DNA of 64,000 nucleotides from Pseudomonadota bacterium (GTDB lineage Bacteria; Pseudomonadota; Gammaproteobacteria; Ga0077536): NCBI GenBank assembly GCA_036339995.1, contig JAYYZW010000039.1, positions 35,852 to 99,851 of the forward strand, read 5' to 3'. Shown piece by piece: positions 10,246 to 18,662 of this stretch (position 1 is its first letter; each line of letters starts with the position of its first letter). The notes under the pieces were generated by a model. It saw only the letters and a program-made list of their open reading frames with translations, ran no database searches and was not told where the DNA came from. The position numbers and the translations under genes were made by a program.

Positions 10246-12270
10246 ATGCCCAGGCTGCGCGTCGCCGTCGACATCGGTGGGACATTTACCGATATCTGCG
10301 TGCTCGATGAAAATACCGGTATGCTCGAAATTGCCAAAGTCGCTTCATCGGAGGATCCGATCGACGCGGCGCTGAGCGGCATCGACAAGATAGGGGTTGA
10401 TCTCGAAGACGTCACGCTCTTCGCCCACGGCACGACCGTGGGGACCAATGCGCTCATCACCCGCCAGCTGCCGTCGACCGCAATGGTCGTGACGGAAGGC
10501 TTTCGCGACGTCATCGAGATCGGGCGATCGACGAAACAAGACCTTTGGGACGCCTACAAGGACAATCCGCCACCTTATATAAGGCGGCGCGATCGCCTGC
10601 CGTTTATCGAACGCACCACGGCGCTTGGCGAGGTCGAAATGCCGGTCGATGAAGCGGCCGCGCGCGAACTAGCTGGAAAACTGAGACGGCGGTCTTACGA
10701 GGCCGTCACCATTTGCTTCATGAACTCGTTTGCGAACCCCGCCAACGAGCGTGAAATGAAAAGGATACTGGCCGAAGAGCTCTCGGGCGTCGCCGTATCG
10801 AATTCTGCTGACGTGCTGTGCGAGATTTTTGAGCACGATCGATTTTCAACGGCGGTCGTGAATGCCGTCGTGCACCCGGTTATCGGTGCCTACGCCCTGC
10901 GCCTGCAGAAAAGGCTGCGCGACGGAGGCTACGGCAACGATCTTTTGTTGTTGCATAGCGGCGGCGGCGTCATGACACCTAATACCCTCGACCGTCAGGC
11001 CGCGCGCCTGGCCGGGTCGGGCATCGCCGCCGGTGCGGTGGCGAGCAAGTACATTGCTACGCTTTGCGGATTCGAAAATTCCATCGGTTTCGACATGGGT
11101 GGAACGAGTACCGACGTCTCGTTGGTCTTCGGCGGCGATTCGACCGTCACGCGAGAGTGGTATATCGAATACGGTCATCCGATCTGTTTCCCCAGCATCG
11201 ATATCAAGACGATAGGCGCGGGCGGGGGTTCCATTGCCTGGATTGACGACGCGGGTTCACTGCGCAACGGGCCGCAATCAGCCGGTGCGCGCCCCGGACC
11301 CGCATGCTACGGCCAAGGTGGTGAACAACCCACGAATACCGATGCTGATCTGCTGCTGGGCCGGCTCGGCAGCGGACTCGCGGGCGGTGCTCTGCGTCTG
11401 GATCCGGCGCTCGCTCGGGCGGCGCTCACCCGTCACGTCGCATTACCTTTGGGAGCAGGCGAAACCGAGGCCGCGAAAGCCGTCATCGACGTGGCCAACG
11501 CCAACATGGCGGATGCTATCCGCCTCGTTTCCATCATGCGCGGATACGACCCACGCGATTTCGCCCTGATTGCGTTCGGCGGCGCAGGCGCTCTGCACGG
11601 TGCTGCGCTCGCCCGCGACCTGTCGATCCCGACCGTGATCATTCCGCCCAACCCCGGCGTCACCTCGGCGCTCGGTTGCCTGCTGGTTGATATTCGACAC
11701 GACATCACCCTGGTGTACCTGGAGGAGACGACTTGCGTCGATCCGGCCGCTATCGAAGAGGCATACGGAGCACTCGAAACCGAGGCGCACGAGCGGCTGC
11801 AGAGCGAAGGCGTCGGACCCGGACAGCGGGTGCTGCAGCGCTCGATCGATATGCGTTATGCGGGTCAGTGGCGATCGATCGCGGTACCGGTTCCCGCGCC
11901 CTTCGTCTCCATCGACGAAGTGGTGCGAGCGTTCGAGGAAGCGCACCTGCGGGAATACAAATACAAGCGCGAGGGGGTTGCACTCGAGATCTTCCGACTC
12001 AACCTAACGGCGATTGGCCTGACCCCGAAAGTCGAACTCAAACGCTATGAACCGAGCGGCGGAACCAGCTCCCCCTACGCCGAACGTCCGGTCGTTTTCG
12101 ATAACGCCAACGAGACTCTCGAGACGCCGGTATACCTTCGCGATGCTCTCCTCGCTGGAATGGAGATCGAGGGACCTTGTATCGTCGAACAACTCGATTC
12201 GACCACATTGGTACCGCCGGGCGCGACGGTGAACGTTGATGAATGGTTGAATCTGCGGATCACCGTGTAA
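10246..12270 (+). CDS. hydantoinase/oxoprolinase family protein, A subunit (HyuA-like)
   Basis: 674 aa; N-terminal actin-like ATPase motif VDIGGTFTDI, Hydantoinase_A architecture. Confidence 0.9.
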   Translation: MPRLRVAVDIGGTFTDICVLDENTGMLEIAKVASSEDPIDAALSGIDKIGVDLEDVTLFAHGTTVGTNALITRQLPSTAMVVTEGFRDVIEIGRSTKQDLWDAYKDNPPPYIRRRDRLPFIERTTALGEVEMPVDEAAARELAGKLRRRSYEAVTICFMNSFANPANEREMKRILAEELSGVAVSNSADVLCEIFEHDRFSTAVVNAVVHPVIGAYALRLQKRLRDGGYGNDLLLLHSGGGVMTPNTLDRQAARLAGSGIAAGAVASKYIATLCGFENSIGFDMGGTSTDVSLVFGGDSTVTREWYIEYGHPICFPSIDIKTIGAGGGSIAWIDDAGSLRNGPQSAGARPGPACYGQGGEQPTNTDADLLLGRLGSGLAGGALRLDPALARAALTRHVALPLGAGETEAAKAVIDVANANMADAIRLVSIMRGYDPRDFALIAFGGAGALHGAALARDLSIPTVIIPPNPGVTSALGCLLVDIRHDITLVYLEETTCVDPAAIEEAYGALETEAHERLQSEGVGPGQRVLQRSIDMRYAGQWRSIAVPVPAPFVSIDEVVRAFEEAHLREYKYKREGVALEIFRLNLTAIGLTPKVELKRYEPSGGTSSPYAERPVVFDNANETLETPVYLRDALLAGMEIEGPCIVEQLDSTTLVPPGATVNVDEWLNLRITV

Positions 12271-12276
12271 AGTCGT

Positions 12277-14238
12277 ATGGACGAGCGCGTGAAAAAGATC
12301 ACAAGCCTGGACCCGGTCACGTTCGAGGTTCTGCGAAATGCCTTCATTACGATCGTCGACCAGATGGCCGAACAGGTGCGGCGAACCTGCTACTCCTTCG
12401 TGGTGTACAACCGTGATTTCTCGAATGGTTTGTGTGACGCCCGCGGCAATACGGTGGCGCAGGGCAATCAGGACCTGGCGGCACACGTCGGCACCCTGCA
12501 TTACACCTGCAAAGCAGTGATCGAGGATTTCGACGGAGATATTCATCCGGGCGACGTGTTCCTGGTCAACGATCCCTATATCGGCGGTACCCATTTCAGC
12601 GACACACGTGTGCTCGTGCCGATCTTCTGCGGCAGCGAATTGATCGCATGGAGCCAGGCCAACGGCCATTGGGCGGACATGGGCGGCAGCGTGCCGGGCT
12701 CCTTCGACGTGACCGCGAGCGAGATGTTCAAGGAAGGTATTCGCGTGCCGCCGGTCAAGATCTGGCGTCGCGGCGAGTACTGCGCCGACGTCGCCAATCT
12801 CGTCGCCAAGAATACTCGCGATCCGTCCGCCATCATCGGCGACATGGTTGCCCAGACCCAGGCCTGTAAACTCGCCGAGCGCGAAATCCTGCGCCTGGCG
12901 GACAAGTATGGCGTCGAGACCATCAAGACCGCGTTTGCCGAGGTGCAGGACTACGTCGAACGTGCCGTTCGGCAGCGCCTGGCCGAACTGCCCGACGGCG
13001 AATGGCAGACGGTCGATTTCGTCGATCAGGATCCAAGTGGCGAAGAAGGCATGATCCCCATCCGCGTGAAAATGATCATTCGCGGCGATGAGGTCGAATT
13101 CGACCTCACCGGATCACATCCCACGATTGGATCCATGTACAACTGCGCCTTCGGCGGCACGTTCGCCGCCATCGTCGCCGGTATGAAGACATTCTTTCCC
13201 GAAATTCCGTTGAACTCGGGCCTTTACCGCACGATTAGCGTAACGGTTCCGCACGACACCATCGTCAGCGCCCGCTGGCCAGTTGCCGTCAGCGGTTTCG
13301 TCATGCCATTCGAGAAGATCATGAATTCAATCTTCGAGCTGTGGTCGAAGCTCATGCCCGAACGGGCCATGGCCTGCGCTTTCAACATCGAATACCTGCA
13401 GACTGGCGGCTACGATGCGCGCTATCCGAACCGGCCTTATTTCATGCTTTATGATTGGCTGTCCGGCGGTTGGGGTGGACGCAACGGCAAGGACGGGCTT
13501 GGCGCCACCTCGTCATGCTTCGGCGTGGGTCTCATGATCCAGCCCGTGGAGGGCCAGGAACGCCTGTGTCCGGTGCGCACCGACCGCTTCGAAATCGTCA
13601 CCGACAGTGCCGGTCCGGGTGAATTCAGGGGCGGTGTGGGCCTTGATAAGCAAGGCACGATCCTCGATGCCGAGGACTGTGTGTTCTCCTATTTCTGCGA
13701 TCGCGAACGTTCCGTAGTGTGGGGTATCGAGGGCGGTCTGCCGTCGCGGCCGCACGGGCTGTGGATGGAATACGGCGGTAAAGAGGAATTTCTCGGCGCT
13801 GTTTTTTCCAACGTATCGGTCAGAAAGGGGGCGCGCTTCCGGCGTGGAACGGCAGGCGGCGGTGGCTACGGTGATCCCCTGAAGCGCGATCCCGAAAAGG
13901 TCAAGGCGGACGTCGAAGACGATTATGTGTCCGTCGAGCGCGCTCGGACGGATTACGGCGTCGTCATCAAGGTCATCGACGAGGATCTCGCGGAATACGA
14001 GGTCGATGAAGAAGCGACGTGCAAGGCACGCGAAACGATCGCCGCCAAACGATGCGGGTGGCTGCGAGAAGATCCCGAATCCGTGGCGCAGCGTTTCCGC
14101 GACGGTGAAATCGATCTATACGACGTCATCCGGCGCTACGGTGTGATCTGCAACTGGGGTACGGGCGAGCTCCTACCCAATTCGACGCGTGATTTCAGGG
14201 CAGCAATGGAGCGGCGCAGCGCCGCACACTGGGCGTGA
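12277..14238 (+). CDS. hydantoinase/oxoprolinase family protein, B subunit (HyuB-like)
   Basis: 653 aa; Hydantoinase_B family, immediately downstream of HyuA-like gene (7-nt gap). Confidence 0.9.
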   Translation: MDERVKKITSLDPVTFEVLRNAFITIVDQMAEQVRRTCYSFVVYNRDFSNGLCDARGNTVAQGNQDLAAHVGTLHYTCKAVIEDFDGDIHPGDVFLVNDPYIGGTHFSDTRVLVPIFCGSELIAWSQANGHWADMGGSVPGSFDVTASEMFKEGIRVPPVKIWRRGEYCADVANLVAKNTRDPSAIIGDMVAQTQACKLAEREILRLADKYGVETIKTAFAEVQDYVERAVRQRLAELPDGEWQTVDFVDQDPSGEEGMIPIRVKMIIRGDEVEFDLTGSHPTIGSMYNCAFGGTFAAIVAGMKTFFPEIPLNSGLYRTISVTVPHDTIVSARWPVAVSGFVMPFEKIMNSIFELWSKLMPERAMACAFNIEYLQTGGYDARYPNRPYFMLYDWLSGGWGGRNGKDGLGATSSCFGVGLMIQPVEGQERLCPVRTDRFEIVTDSAGPGEFRGGVGLDKQGTILDAEDCVFSYFCDRERSVVWGIEGGLPSRPHGLWMEYGGKEEFLGAVFSNVSVRKGARFRRGTAGGGGYGDPLKRDPEKVKADVEDDYVSVERARTDYGVVIKVIDEDLAEYEVDEEATCKARETIAAKRCGWLREDPESVAQRFRDGEIDLYDVIRRYGVICNWGTGELLPNSTRDFRAAMERRSAAHWA

Positions 14239-14257
14239 TGCGGTTTCAGGCAGGTTT

Positions 14258-14337
14258 ATTCGCCCGCAAGCGGGCTCCTACGGCGAATGTTTTTAGCGCC
14301 GCGCTCGAGCACCGTAGGGGCCCGCTTGCGGGCGAAT
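14258..14337. repeat. REP-like intergenic palindromic element, copy 1 (arms ATTCGCCCGCAAGCGGGCTCCTACGG / CCGTAGGGGCCCGCTTGCGGGCGAAT)
   Basis: 26-bp inverted arms separated by 28 nt, immediately 3' of hyuB-like; same arm family recurs at 25601..25687 and 50498..50575. Confidence 0.7.
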
Positions 14338-14366
14338 GTTAGCCCGGCATCCCGCAATTCGGATCA

Positions 14367-14528
14367 CTCTCACGTTCAGAACAAGGTATAGACGAACGGC
14401 GCCACGGCGGATCCTTGCGCTAACACGATCAGCCCACCCAGCAAAACCATAATGATGATGATCGGGGCAAGCCAGTATTTCTTGTTCTCGCGCATATAGC
14501 CCCAGAGGTCTTTTAAGAGGTCCAGCAT
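14367..14528 (-). CDS. DUF5989-like small membrane protein (53 aa), partner of carbamoyltransferase/SxtJ
   Basis: Hand-translated: MLDLLKDLWGYMRENKKYWLAPIIIIMVLLGGLIVLAQGSAVAPFVYTLF; start ATG overlaps SxtJ-like stop (TAATG). Below the 60-aa cutoff of the ORF track. Confidence 0.6.
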
Positions 14529-14947
14529 TAGTAAGGCTTCTCCATCTTCTGGACTGACGAGCGCGTGCTCTCGAGTCGATAGCTCTTGGATTCGGCGTCA
14601 AACGATCGCGCCATCATATCTCGTCCTCGAATGCGCGTGAGCACGGCCATCGGCGTGATCACCAGATAAAACACAACGCCGAGTATCACGGGCGTCATGA
14701 TGCGGTTCAGCAGTAATCCGAAGCGCATCCATGCGCGGTAAACGGGGCGCAAACTCGTCGGCGCCGCGGCGCCCCAGGTGGCGAACAAGCATGCGAGGGT
14801 CCAGGGCCACACCGGATAGGAAGCATTCCAGAGCCAGGGCAGCAGCACGCCAAACAGGGTCGCGATGATTGCGCCCATGGTAAACGCAAACTGCCTGAGA
14901 CCTTTGGCGTCGAGTTCCGGAATATCGGTAGCTTGGGCCATGGTCAA
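14528..14947 (-). CDS. SxtJ-like membrane protein
   Basis: 139 aa, 3 to 4 predicted TM helices, sits between carbamoyltransferase and DUF5989-like micro-ORF as in sxtI-J-K type triplets; 4-nt overlap with upstream gene. Confidence 0.55.
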   Translation of the reverse strand: MTMAQATDIPELDAKGLRQFAFTMGAIIATLFGVLLPWLWNASYPVWPWTLACLFATWGAAAPTSLRPVYRAWMRFGLLLNRIMTPVILGVVFYLVITPMAVLTRIRGRDMMARSFDAESKSYRLESTRSSVQKMEKPY

Positions 14948-16782
14948 TCCAGCTCGAACTTGTCCTTCCAGGAATCATCCTCGTCCCAGGCGGGTTGCTC
15001 GGTTTTGGCTAGGACGTAATTTTCGAGCACCAGATAATCCATCTCCGTACGCATGAAGCAGCGATAGGCGTCCTCGGGCGTGCACACGATCGGTTCTCCG
15101 CGGACGTTGAAGGAGGTGTTGACCAGCACGGGACATTCCGTTCGCTGCTCGAACTCCTGTAGCAGCATATAGAAACCGGGATTCGTCTCTTTGTGTACTG
15201 TCTGGATTCTCGCCGAATAATCGACATGCGTGACCGCCGGGATCTCCGATCGCGACACGTTCAACTTTTCGATTCCAAAGAGCGCCTGCTCGTTTTCTGT
15301 CATCGGGATCTGGCGGTTGGCCGCGACATCGGCAACGAGTAGCATGTAGGGACTTGCCCGGTCGAGATCGAACCATTCGGACACGCGCTCGCTCAGCACC
15401 GCCGGGGCAAACGGCCGGAACGACTCTCGATACTTGATTTTCAAGTTCATCACGGACTGCATGCTGCGGCTGCGCGGATCGCCGATGATCGATCGCCCAC
15501 CGAGCGCCCGCGGGCCGAACTCCATCCTGCCCTGGAACCAACCGACCACATGCTCGTCAGCCAGAACCTCGGCAATGCGTGAATAAAGCACGGCTTTGTC
15601 CACGACCTCGTATTTCGCTTCGACGGAATCGAGGTAGGCGCGGATCTCCTCGTCGGTGAAACGGGGACCGAGATAGGAACCTGCCATCGCGTCGCTGCCG
15701 TTGACGGACCGTTCCTTGCCGAAAAACTCGTGCCATACCGCGAGTGCCGCACCAAGGGCACCGCCTGCGTCGCCCGCCGCCGGCTGGATCCAGATGTCCT
15801 CGAAGGGCCCTTCTCGCAGCAGCCGCCCGTTGGCCACGCAATTGAGCGCAACGCCTCCAGCCATGCAGAGGGATTGCACATCCATCTCGTGCTGGATGGT
15901 TCGCCCGAGACGCAACACCACTTCTTCGGTGACCGATTGAATCGACGCCGCGATATCCATTTCGCGCCTCGTCAGCGGTGTCTCGCCCTGCCTCGGCGGA
16001 CCGTCGAACAAGGCGTCGAAGCGGGCGTTCGTCATCGTCAGCCCGGTCGTGTAATCGAAGTAATCCATATTGAGGCGGTAGGTCCCGTCGTCCTTGATGT
16101 CGACTACATTGTCCAGAATTTTTTGGGTATAGAGCGGCTTACCGTAGGGTGCGAGGCCCATCAGTTTGTATTCACCCGAGTTGACTTTGAATCCCGTGTA
16201 GTAGGTGAATGCGGAATAGAGGAGTCCCAGGGAGTGGGGGAAATCGATGCGCCATTGCGGCTCGAGCGTATTCCCTTCTCCCAACCATACCGTGGTCGTC
16301 GCCCATTCCCCGACACCGTCGAGACACAGTACGGCCGCGCGCTCGAAGGGACTGGGGAAAAAAGCCGACGCCGCATGGGATTCATGATGCTCGGTGAACA
16401 TCAGCGGCGGGAGTTCGGCGACTTTACACGCGCCGATCTCGGCCAAAGCGGTTTTGAGCTCCGTTTTTAAATAGAGTTTTTCTTTAAGCCAAACTGGCAT
16501 CGCGGCGACGAAAGAGCGGAATCCCACTGGAGCGTACGCCATGTAGGTTTCCATCAGGCGGTCGAATTTGAGTAGTGGCTTATCGTAGAAGACTATCCGA
16601 TGGACATCGCCGAGATTCAAGCCCGCCTCATCAAGGCAATAGCGAATCGCGCTCCCGGGAAACCGGGCGTCGTGCTTCTTGCGTGAAAAGCGTTCTTCCT
16701 GCGCGGCGGCGATAATTCCACCATCGCGGATCAACGCGGCTGCGCTATCATGATAGTAGGCGGAAATACCTAGAATATTCAT
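14944..16782 (-). CDS. carbamoyltransferase (NodU/CmcH family)
   Basis: 612 aa; N-terminal MNILGISAYYHDSAAALIRDG...EERFSRKKHD Kae1/YgjD-like domain, C-terminal carbamoyltransferase domain. Confidence 0.9.
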   Translation of the reverse strand: MNILGISAYYHDSAAALIRDGGIIAAAQEERFSRKKHDARFPGSAIRYCLDEAGLNLGDVHRIVFYDKPLLKFDRLMETYMAYAPVGFRSFVAAMPVWLKEKLYLKTELKTALAEIGACKVAELPPLMFTEHHESHAASAFFPSPFERAAVLCLDGVGEWATTTVWLGEGNTLEPQWRIDFPHSLGLLYSAFTYYTGFKVNSGEYKLMGLAPYGKPLYTQKILDNVVDIKDDGTYRLNMDYFDYTTGLTMTNARFDALFDGPPRQGETPLTRREMDIAASIQSVTEEVVLRLGRTIQHEMDVQSLCMAGGVALNCVANGRLLREGPFEDIWIQPAAGDAGGALGAALAVWHEFFGKERSVNGSDAMAGSYLGPRFTDEEIRAYLDSVEAKYEVVDKAVLYSRIAEVLADEHVVGWFQGRMEFGPRALGGRSIIGDPRSRSMQSVMNLKIKYRESFRPFAPAVLSERVSEWFDLDRASPYMLLVADVAANRQIPMTENEQALFGIEKLNVSRSEIPAVTHVDYSARIQTVHKETNPGFYMLLQEFEQRTECPVLVNTSFNVRGEPIVCTPEDAYRCFMRTEMDYLVLENYVLAKTEQPAWDEDDSWKDKFELD

Positions 16783-16851
16783 TTCGTTATCTGAACGATC
16801 GAAGAATGCTCGGGTTGCAAAGCTGTCTCTTACTCCGATTTCGGGTCTGAT

Positions 16852-17613
16852 TCACCGCGCCACGAAACCTCCATCCACAGCGAGCGCATGTCCCGTCATG
16901 AACGATGCGCCGTCGGAACATAACCACACGACGGCGCTTGCAATTTCCTCCGGTTCGGCCAGGCGCCCCATCGGTTCGTGCTTTGCGAGCTTGTCGAGGA
17001 AGCCCGGAATCTCCTTTTCAGCGGCTTCAGTCATGTTCGTGTGCACGCCGCCGGGACATACAGCGTTGACGCGGATGTTGGACTTCGCGTATTCCATGGC
17101 GGCGTTCTTGGTGAGGCCGACGACGCCGTGTTTGGCCGCGCAGTAGGCGGGAGCATGACTCATGCCGACGAGCCCGGCGACTGACGCCGTGTTCACGATC
17201 ACCCCATTACCCTGGGCCATCATCTGCCGAAGTTCATACTTCATGCAAAACCATACCCCCGTCAGATTGACGGCGATTACCTGGTTCCAAGTAGCGGTAT
17301 CGTAATCCGCAGTTTTTCCCATGCCGCCGCCGATGCTGGCGTTATTGAAGGCGAGATCGAGGCGGCCGAAGTGGTCGACGGTCTTTTGCACCATCGACTC
17401 AACACCGGTTTCGTCGGATACGTCGACCTGCCAGGCAAGCGCCTCGCCACCGCCGGCTTCAATCTGGCTGACCGTATCTTTACAAGCGGCCAGATTGAGG
17501 TCTGCGATCAGCACCTGCGCGCCTTCACGCGCAAGCGCGACGGCGCTCGCTCGGCCGATCCCGGATCCGCCGCCGGTGACAAGTGCAACTTTACCTTTGC
17601 AGGTTTCCGCCAT
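16852..17613 (-). CDS. SDR-family oxidoreductase
   Basis: 253 aa; TGGGSGIG Rossmann motif, YxxxK catalytic pair (YCAAK). Confidence 0.9.
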   Translation of the reverse strand: MAETCKGKVALVTGGGSGIGRASAVALAREGAQVLIADLNLAACKDTVSQIEAGGGEALAWQVDVSDETGVESMVQKTVDHFGRLDLAFNNASIGGGMGKTADYDTATWNQVIAVNLTGVWFCMKYELRQMMAQGNGVIVNTASVAGLVGMSHAPAYCAAKHGVVGLTKNAAMEYAKSNIRVNAVCPGGVHTNMTEAAEKEIPGFLDKLAKHEPMGRLAEPEEIASAVVWLCSDGASFMTGHALAVDGGFVAR

Positions 17614-17794
17614 GATGTTTACCTCTCATGTATTATTTCCGAGGCGTGAAGAGTGCCGGAGACGGAAAAATTAATCCAACTTCGAAAAAGAGAGAGCGAC
17701 TCGAGTTATTCGCCACACCCGTTTTCGCGAGCTGGCGATCGGGATCATTGGGGTTTGGTGACTGGTCTCGCATCTTCACCATCCACGTAAGCCG

Positions 17795-18538
17795 TTATTC
17801 GTGCGGCTTCATGAAGAGCAGATAGGCGATGGCCGCGATCCCGGCGGCGCCGAAAGTCATACACATGACCATGATTTGATAACGAACGGCAATCTGTGGT
17901 TCTACGCCAGACAGTATCTGCCCGGTCATCATTCCCGGAAGCGATACCAAACCGACGGCGAGAAACACGTTTACCATTGGGATGAGGGCGGTTTCGAGCG
18001 CGCGCTTGCGCGCCAGTTCATAGCTCACCGCGTTCCTTCGTTCCGCTTCGAAGCGTTCCGCGGCAAGGCTTACGGTATTCATTGCGCTGGAAAAGATCAT
18101 GCCGGCGATCGGGATCGCCGTGCGCGGCGCGAACCAGGGGTCGAGCCTCAATACGCCGATCGTGACGATTGCAAGCGTGAACACGCCGCCGATGGCAATC
18201 GCTAAGAACGTCTTCAAATACAGGCCGCGGCCGTGGGATTCGAGTGGCCTCAGAGCGATCCAGCTCGACGCTCCGAGCATGATTGCAAGAACAGCAATGA
18301 CGATGCCGGCGCTATCCGTCTCGAAAACATAGGTCAATACGTATCCGATGAGTGCGAGCTGTACGATCATCCTCGCCGTTGCGTAGATGGCTGCACCACT
18401 TCCAGCGGACCATCGCCACAGAACAAACGCAACCGCGCCAACCGGGGCGAATGCAAAGGCGAGGTTTATGACAGGAATGACTGTGAGGGTTTCGTTCATC
18501 GACCAAAGGATCTCACGCCGCTCAAGGGAATTCGACAT
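17795..18538 (-). CDS. UPF0014/FetB-family ABC-type permease (orphan, no adjacent ATPase)
   Basis: About 247 aa polytopic membrane protein with FetB/YbbM-like topology; start chosen at MSNSLERR (ATG 18538); an alternative ATG at 18499. Confidence 0.55.
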   Translation of the reverse strand: MSNSLERREILWSMNETLTVIPVINLAFAFAPVGAVAFVLWRWSAGSGAAIYATARMIVQLALIGYVLTYVFETDSAGIVIAVLAIMLGASSWIALRPLESHGRGLYLKTFLAIAIGGVFTLAIVTIGVLRLDPWFAPRTAIPIAGMIFSSAMNTVSLAAERFEAERRNAVSYELARKRALETALIPMVNVFLAVGLVSLPGMMTGQILSGVEPQIAVRYQIMVMCMTFGAAGIAAIAYLLFMKPHE

Positions 18539-18662
18539 GCGTGCCGAGAGCCCGGGTGCGCGACAGCCTATCGCCGGGCCAAGGACGATCACCGAAACAG
18601 GCGCTTCCCATAGCCGCGCGTACGCCTTTTAATGCTTCGAACATAAACGTGAGGATGGCATA

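Noticed and set aside
14293..14601. 102-aa minus-strand ORF in ORF track downstream of SxtJ-like gene
   Set aside because: Wrong frame; the real gene here is the 53-aa DUF5989-like micro-ORF (14367..14528) whose start overlaps the SxtJ-like stop.
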